DNA of 24,000 bases from Pyrococcus kukulkanii (lineage in GTDB: Archaea > Methanobacteriota_B > Thermococci > Thermococcales > Thermococcaceae): the NCBI RefSeq assembly GCF_001577775.1, contig NZ_CP010835.1:1658264-1682263 (forward strand). Reading direction: 5' to 3'. Position numbers and translations under genes: made by a program. The notes under the pieces were generated by a model. That model saw nothing but the letters and a program-made list of their open reading frames with translations, was not told the DNA's origin and made no database searches. Below are positions 18,512-24,000 of the stretch, in pieces (position 1 is the stretch's first letter; every line of letters begins with the position of its first letter).

Positions 18512-18820
18512 ATGTCAGAGAAAACGGTTAAGCAGACAATAATAGAGATGGGTGCGTGCGGTGCGGCTTCAAGTATAAACATTGCCCTAGGCGTTGTTGC
18601 CTGTGCTTTGGTAGTAGTTTCGGATCTAGTAAAGCATAAGAACAAGCTTTCTATAATCAAGTTTTTCGCGTTTTTGCTGTACCCTGCGGGGATTTACCTT
18701 TTGAAAACATGCAATGGGGTTTTCGGGGTAAAAATTGAGCCTCTCGAAGGTTTTGGACTCGCCTTTGGAATATTCATGGTTCACTCACTCATAAACGTCA
18801 AGATTGAACCCAAAGGATAA
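18512..18820 (+). CDS. Doubtful small membrane protein (3 predicted TM segments)
   Basis: The 102-aa ORF has hydrophobic stretches (INIALGVVACALVVV, FFAFLLYPAGIYLL, GFGLAFGIFMVHSLI) and a repeated VKIEP motif. No convincing SD or TATA sits at the right distance. It overlaps an 83-aa antisense ORF that looks less protein-like. Confidence 0.35.
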   Translation: MSEKTVKQTIIEMGACGAASSINIALGVVACALVVVSDLVKHKNKLSIIKFFAFLLYPAGIYLLKTCNGVFGVKIEPLEGFGLAFGIFMVHSLINVKIEPKG

Positions 18821-18852
18821 TTAGAGATGCTTTTAAACTCCCACCCCTTTTT

Positions 18853-20127
18853 ATGAACATGCTCGTCGATGGTGATCTTCACATCCATTCTCACTACTCC
18901 AAGGCAGTGTCAAAAGTTATGGTTTATCCGGTGATAGCGGAGAACGCCAAGCTTAAGGGCCTGGGGTTAGTTGGGACAGGTGATATACTCAATCCCAAGT
19001 GGGAGGAGGAGTTGCTTAAGTACTCCAAAAGAGTTGATGATGGAACTTTTGAGGTTAAGGGGGTCAGATTCATTCTCACCGCGGAGGTTGAGGACAACAG
19101 GAGGGTCCACCATCTCCTAATTTTCCCATCGCTGAGCCAAGTTCACGAGCTTAGGGAGATATTAAGGAAATACTCCCAGGATGTAGATACGGAGGGTAGG
19201 CCACACGTAAACTTGAGTGCGGCCGAAATAGCTGAGATGGCCAATGACCTGGGGATTCTTGTAGGTCCTGCCCATGCTTTTACTCCATGGACGGCCCTTT
19301 ACAAGGAGTATGATTCGTTGAAAGAGGCCTACGGAGATGCAAAAGTTGATTTTCTTGAGCTCGGCCTTTCGGCGGATTCGGAAATGGCGGACATGATAAA
19401 GGCCCACCATAGGCTAACGTATCTTAGCAACTCCGACGCCCACTCTCCTCACCCCCACAGGCTAGGGAGGGAGTTCAACAGGTTCGAGGTCAGGGATATA
19501 ACCTTTGAAGAGATTAGAAAGGCGATACTTAAGAGAGGAGGTAGAAGGATAGTTCTTAACGCTGGATTAGATCCGAGGCTGGGCAAATACCACTTGACGG
19601 CATGCTCCCGCTGTTACACTAAGTACACTCTCCAGGATGCAATCGCGTTGAGGTGGAGGTGTCCGAAGTGTGGTGGAGCGATCAAGAAGGGTGTTAGAGA
19701 TAGGATTCTCGAACTTTCCGACACCAACGAGAGGCCCAAGGACAGGCCTCCCTATTTGAGGCTTGCACCTCTGGCAGAGATAATCGCTATGGTTCTCGGC
19801 AAGGGAGTTGAGACTAAGGCCGTTAAGATGGTGTGGCAGAGGTTTCTTAAGGAGTTCGGGAGCGAGATTAGGGTTTTGGTTGATGTACCTATCAAAACGC
19901 TTGCGAAGGTTCACGAAGATGTGGCAAAGGCGGTTTGGGCCTACAGGAACGGCAAGCTTATTGTGGTCCCTGGGGGAGGAGGCAAGTACGGCGAGATAAG
20001 GCTTCCCGAGGAAATAAAGAGTGCCAAAATAGATGATTTAGAGGATTTGGAAATAAAAGTCGAGGAGGAAGCTCCAAAGCCGAAACAGGTCTCTCTTCTA
20101 GACTTTCTTAAGGGGAAAGATTTATAA
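18853..20127 (+). CDS. endoQ: Endonuclease Q (EndoQ)-like PHP-domain nuclease with Zn finger and C-terminal PIP box
   Basis: The 424-aa ORF has an N-terminal PHP motif DGDLHIHSHYS and further His/Asp metal ligands (SNSDAHSPH). It has a Cys4 Zn finger, CSRCYTKY...CPKCGG, and a C-terminal QVSLLDFL (nt 20086-20109) matching the PCNA-interacting consensus Qxx[LIM]xx[FY][FYL]. Architecture and length match EndoQ described from P. furiosus. A TATA-like GCTTTTAAAC sits ~20 nt upstream, so the transcript may be leaderless. Confidence 0.85.
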   Translation: MNMLVDGDLHIHSHYSKAVSKVMVYPVIAENAKLKGLGLVGTGDILNPKWEEELLKYSKRVDDGTFEVKGVRFILTAEVEDNRRVHHLLIFPSLSQVHELREILRKYSQDVDTEGRPHVNLSAAEIAEMANDLGILVGPAHAFTPWTALYKEYDSLKEAYGDAKVDFLELGLSADSEMADMIKAHHRLTYLSNSDAHSPHPHRLGREFNRFEVRDITFEEIRKAILKRGGRRIVLNAGLDPRLGKYHLTACSRCYTKYTLQDAIALRWRCPKCGGAIKKGVRDRILELSDTNERPKDRPPYLRLAPLAEIIAMVLGKGVETKAVKMVWQRFLKEFGSEIRVLVDVPIKTLAKVHEDVAKAVWAYRNGKLIVVPGGGGKYGEIRLPEEIKSAKIDDLEDLEIKVEEEAPKPKQVSLLDFLKGKDL

Positions 20128-20128
20128 G
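20115..20128 (+). promoter_or_regulatory. Candidate BRE/TATA of the DUF2178-HTH-ABC operon
   Basis: GAAAGATTTATAAG (TATA TTTATAAG at 20121-20128) overlaps the EndoQ stop codon. The expected TSS is around 20150, inside the palindromic element. Confidence 0.4.
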
Positions 20129-20133
20129 CCCAA

Positions 20134-20167
20134 TGTAAAGAATACTTTACGTAAAGGAAACTTTACA
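20134..20167. promoter_or_regulatory. Operator-like nested inverted repeat TGTAAAG-aata-CTTTACGTAAAG-gaaa-CTTTACA
   Basis: Four copies of the hexamer GTAAAG/CTTTAC are arranged symmetrically. The central 12-nt CTTTACGTAAAG (20145-20156) is a perfect palindrome. It is flanked at 4-nt spacing by TGTAAAG (20134-20140) and CTTTACA (20161-20167). The element sits between the TATA box and the ATG at 20167. Confidence 0.45.
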
Positions 20168-20559
20168 TGGTGGTCAGGATGGAAGTTGAGAGGATCGTAC
20201 CCCTAGGAATTATAGTGGCAATGGGAGCCTTCTTGGGATGGTTCATTGGGAGGGGGAGCTTTGTAGGGGCGATGGTGGTTTTCGCCCTTGGAGCGGTGAT
20301 CTTGAACCTCTATTATGAATTCCTAAGGAGAAGAGGCTACATCCTTGAAGATGAGAGAACAATTAGAATAGAGGAAATATCAGCAAGGAGGACTCTTCAG
20401 GTTATATCAATAATCCTCGCAATCTCGATGATGTACTTCTCGACGAAGGTAAGAAGTGATAGCTCCTATAAGGGACTTATGGCCTTCTCGGGCTTATTGC
20501 TCTTCGCCCTGCTGATAATTCACGGGGCCCTCAGGATTTACTACTCGAGGGTGATGTAG
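20167..20559 (+). CDS. Membrane protein, DUF2178-like (paralogue 1)
   Basis: The 130-aa ORF has 4 hydrophobic segments and a central EDERTIRIEEISARRTLQV motif, and it ends in YYSRVM. The family assignment is from memory of DUF2178 proteins, which commonly neighbour small XRE regulators. An alternative start is the ATG at 20179. Confidence 0.6.
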   Translation: MVVRMEVERIVPLGIIVAMGAFLGWFIGRGSFVGAMVVFALGAVILNLYYEFLRRRGYILEDERTIRIEEISARRTLQVISIILAISMMYFSTKVRSDSSYKGLMAFSGLLLFALLIIHGALRIYYSRVM

Positions 20560-20838
20560 ATGGACGTTCTACTTGTGATCATCGCTCTGACTATTGTTTA
20601 CTTCGTCCTTCTGTACAGTTCCCTGAAGAACACTGGAGGTCTCAAGGACGAAAGAGCAAGAAGGATAAATCAGATTGCCGCCGAGAAGACCTTAATATTT
20701 CTTCAGGCTTTATTGCTTGCCGGTCTAATGGGGACAGAGGCTGGCGTGGTTGATCCAAAGTCCATCGTTGTGATGACCTATATCGTAGCTATAGTTGGTC
20801 ATGTCTTCCTGAGGTACCACTACTCGAGGGTGATGTGA
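20560..20838 (+). CDS. Membrane protein, DUF2178-like (paralogue 2, shorter)
   Basis: The 92-aa ORF has KDERARRINQIAAEKTLIF aligning with paralogue 1 and the same C-terminal HYSRVM. The ATG immediately follows the upstream TAG. Confidence 0.6.
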   Translation: MDVLLVIIALTIVYFVLLYSSLKNTGGLKDERARRINQIAAEKTLIFLQALLLAGLMGTEAGVVDPKSIVVMTYIVAIVGHVFLRYHYSRVM

Positions 20839-21039
20839 GTGAAAAATAGGCTTAGGGAGTTCAGGGAGGCTTACGGCTTAACCCAGGAAGAACTGGCCAG
20901 AGCTCTAGGGGTTACTAGGCAGACGATAATCGCGATAGAGAAGGGGAAGTACGATCCCTCTTTAAAACTTGCGTTTAAAATAGCCCGATTTTTTGGAGTT
21001 AAAATTGAGGATATATTCATATATGATGAGGATCAATAA
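20839..21039 (+). CDS. XRE-family helix-turn-helix transcriptional regulator (66 aa, Cro/C1 type)
   Basis: [60 protein letters not shown] is a canonical HTH_3 sequence (LTQEELA...VSRQTI..IE.G). The GTG start directly abuts the upstream TGA. Confidence 0.85.
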   Translation: MKNRLREFREAYGLTQEELARALGVTRQTIIAIEKGKYDPSLKLAFKIARFFGVKIEDIFIYDEDQ

Positions 21040-21056
21040 CCAAGAGGGGTGGAAAG

Positions 21057-21422
21057 ATGAAGTTGGCTGGCTTAGTAGTTTACCTCTTGGGGATAGCTCT
21101 TTCCGTGGTAAGGCCACCTTTAGAGAGGCTTGCGTGCATCGACATGACTACTGGCCAAGTCATGACTAGAATAAACCCCTTCTTCCTAGTCCTTGAGCTC
21201 AGCTTGATAATGGTAGGCTCGTTATTCCTCGCTTTAAATCACGAGTTTAAGAACTACCATGAGAGAAACGGATGGATGGCCGTTAGTACTGGCCTAGGCT
21301 TTGCGTTCGTTGGTGGATACTCTGAAATTTACGAGCTCTCCCTGTTTGGGGTTGTTTTGGCAATTCTTGGAATGATCGTTTATAAGATCGGGAGGGCTAA
21401 GTATGGTGGCGGTCAAAGTTGA
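21057..21422 (+). CDS. Hypothetical 4-TM membrane protein
   Basis: The 121-aa ORF has four hydrophobic segments. SD GAGGGGTGG lies upstream, and the 3' end overlaps the ABC ATPase start by 20 nt. Confidence 0.55.
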   Translation: MKLAGLVVYLLGIALSVVRPPLERLACIDMTTGQVMTRINPFFLVLELSLIMVGSLFLALNHEFKNYHERNGWMAVSTGLGFAFVGGYSEIYELSLFGVVLAILGMIVYKIGRAKYGGGQS

Positions 21423-22128
21423 AAAGCTCGAGAAGGACTATGGCAAGGTCAAGGCCCTTAAGGGAATAAGTTTTACGATAGAGGAAGGAGAAATCTTCGG
21501 CCTGATCGGCCCAAATGGTGCCGGTAAAAGCACTACATTGAGAATTTTAGCCACTCTATTAATGCCCACGGGGGGTAGGGCTGAGGTATTTGGATATGAT
21601 GTTGTCAAGGAGGCTGAGGAAGTTAGAAAACTCATAAGCTACCTCCCTGAGGAAGCTGGGGCTTACAAGAGGCTGACGGGGCTTGAGTACCTCGAGTTTA
21701 TGGCCAAACTCTATGCAAAGGATAAGAAAAAAGCTGAAGAGATGTTAAAGCTAGGAATAGAGCTAAGCGGGCTTGGTGAGAGGCTTAGGGACAAAGTCTC
21801 AACGTACTCCAAGGGCATGACGAGGAGGCTTCTCTTGGCTAGAGCTCTAATGGTCAAGCCAAAGCTTGCAATCCTAGACGAACCAACGAGCGGACTTGAC
21901 ATAATGAACGCTTTTGAGATAAGGAAGACGATAAAAGAGTTCGTCAGGGAGGGTGTAACTTTCCTTATATCTAGTCACAATATGCTTGAGGTTGAGTACC
22001 TCTGCGACAGGGTTGCATTAATCCATAAGGGAAGGATTGTTGAGATAGGTGAGCCGGAGGAGTTGAAAGCCAAATATAACGCTGAGAATTTAGAAGAAGT
22101 GTTTATGGAGGCGATTAATAATGTCTGA
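21403..22128 (+). CDS. ABC transporter ATP-binding protein (ABC-2 / NatA-like subfamily)
   Basis: Walker A GPNGAGKST, signature-like YSKGMTRRLLLA, Walker B LAILDEPTSGLD and an H-loop SSHNM. Confidence 0.92.
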   Translation: MVAVKVEKLEKDYGKVKALKGISFTIEEGEIFGLIGPNGAGKSTTLRILATLLMPTGGRAEVFGYDVVKEAEEVRKLISYLPEEAGAYKRLTGLEYLEFMAKLYAKDKKKAEEMLKLGIELSGLGERLRDKVSTYSKGMTRRLLLARALMVKPKLAILDEPTSGLDIMNAFEIRKTIKEFVREGVTFLISSHNMLEVEYLCDRVALIHKGRIVEIGEPEELKAKYNAENLEEVFMEAINNV

Positions 22129-23381
22129 TTTTATGGTAATCCTAATGAAAGAGCTAAAAGATATGTTCCGGGATAAGGGAATTATCCTCGGGTTGATCAT
22201 AGTTCCCCTCGTTCTGTACCCGGCACTCGGGCAAATGGTACAAATTGGCATGGAGCAGGCTCAAAAGGAGACAAAGGTTGTAATTGCGAACTTCGATGCT
22301 GGGGAGTATGCTAACATATTGATAAAGGCCCTAAAAGTTGCTCCCAATGTTACGGTAGTTGAAATTAAAGCTAAGAGTGTCGATGAAGCATTAAGGATCG
22401 CGACTTCTAAAGGGTACAACGTTCTCGTCGTTATACCATCGAACTTCTCCGAGTGCATAAGGGAGAACAGAAAAGCTGTGGTTGAGGTCTATGGGATATT
22501 CACAGGTATGAGTCTAGGAATGAAGGAGAGCGTGAGTGAAGGCAGGATAAGTGCCGTAATAAACGTTCTAAATGAGGAGCTCGCGAAACTTAAGCTGAAA
22601 TCCAACTACTCTAATCCCGAGGCGATACTTCACCCCATAGATGTGAGGAGTTACTCCGTGCTTAAGGGGAGGGTGATAAATCTTCCCCCCTCAGTAGTTT
22701 CGGGAGTTATAGCTTCTCAGGCATTTTCGATCCCTCTCGTCATCTTCATAATGTTCACCATGGTCTCTCAAATGGCTGCAGGAACTATGGCGAGCGAGAA
22801 GGAGAACAAAACCCTAGAAACGTTACTCACATTACCCGTCTCAAGAACCGCGATAGTTGCCGGGAAGATGGCGGGAAGTGCTATCCTGGGACTAATAGCG
22901 GCCTTGGCCTACATGTTCGGGATGAGTAGGTACTTCTCAAGCCTTGGAATGAACTCTAACATTAGGCTTGAGGATCTCGGACTAAGAATTACCCCCTATG
23001 GTATGACCCTCTTTGCGATCATAATATTCTTGGCGATAACTTTTGCGATTTCACTGTCGATGTTACTTGGAACCTTTGCAGAAGACACCAAGAGCGCAGG
23101 TACTCTAGTAAGTACTGTCATGATGCCCCTACTATTCCCAACCTTCGCGTTTATGATTGTTGATGTTGAGACTCTCCCCACAATAGTAAGATATATACTC
23201 TATGCGATCCCATTTAGCCATCCGGTAATTGCTTCAAGGGCGATGATCTTGGGAGAGTACTCTAGGATGTACATAAGCGTAGCTTACCTTACCTTGGTAT
23301 CCTTAGGAACACTTTACGTCACTGCTTGGTTCTTCAGAACAGAAAAGGTCCTTACGGCAAAGATAAGGTTTAAAAAGAGAG

Positions 23382-23395
<14 letters not shown>
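22121..23395 (+). CDS. ABC-2 type transporter permease (NatB-like)
   Basis: The 424-aa ORF has an N-terminal TM helix, a large extracytoplasmic loop and then ~5 C-terminal TM helices, which is typical ABC-2/NatB architecture. It overlaps the ATPase stop by 8 nt. Confidence 0.8.

Positions 23396-24000
<605 letters not shown>

Noticed and set aside
18409-18660. 83-aa minus-strand ORF overlapping the 18512-18820 ORF
   Set aside because: It looks less protein-like than the + strand partner (Thr/Ala/Pro runs, no clear TM pattern or SD). It is kept only as a caveat on the + strand call.
19567-19999. ORFs 19567-19914 (-) and 19808-19999 (+, out of frame) inside the EndoQ-like gene
   Set aside because: They are embedded in a well-supported 424-aa gene, and their Arg/Leu/Pro-rich translations are typical of off-frame reads.
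23313-23322. CTTTACGTCA inside the permease gene, resembling the operator half-palindrome CTTTACGTAAAG
   Set aside because: It is only an 8-nt match, lies within coding sequence and has no symmetric partner.

Overview
The window looks like a Thermococcales (Pyrococcus-type) chromosome segment. All identifications come from reading translations and motifs, with no database search. From 1 to 13.4 kb (+ strand) it holds core information-processing genes. These are the exosome genes rrp41 (3' end) and rrp42, then three CCA-encoding tRNA genes (Thr-UGU, Pro-UGG, Thr-GGU) bracketing one low-GC membrane ORF. Next comes the archaeal RNA polymerase/str superoperon rpoH, rpoB (unsplit), rpoA1, rpoA2, rpl30e, nusA, rps12, rps7, followed by pth2 and truD. 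From 13.35 to 14.58 kb (- strand) lie a small unknown ORF preceded by a perfect 30-nt palindrome and a NOL1/NOP2/Sun (aTrm4-like) RNA m5C methyltransferase. At 14799-17380 there is a 39-repeat CRISPR array. Its 30-nt repeat, reverse-complemented, is GTTCCAATAAGACTAAAATAGAATTGAAAG, the Pyrococcus furiosus-type repeat. The array is read on the minus strand from a ~470-bp AT-rich leader (17381-17851), and no cas genes are in the window. Downstream are archease (-), a doubtful small membrane ORF and an EndoQ-like PHP nuclease with a C-terminal PIP box. A tightly coupled + strand operon follows: two paralogous DUF2178-like membrane proteins, a 66-aa XRE HTH regulator, a 4-TM protein and an ABC ATPase plus ABC-2 permease. 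The window ends with a convergent YfcE/MJ0936-type phosphoesterase. The points most worth a second look are these. (1) The CRISPR array is wedged co-directionally between archease and the m5C methyltransferase, a functionally linked gene pair. (2) The HTH/DUF2178/ABC-2 operon has a strikingly symmetric operator-like element between its TATA box and start codon, and an 18-nt identical cistron junction. (3) The 30-nt palindrome covers the ribosome-binding site of the small ORF. (4) Many spacers look GC-rich and coding-like. I see no clear, entirely novel multi-gene system; most of the window is conserved core genome.
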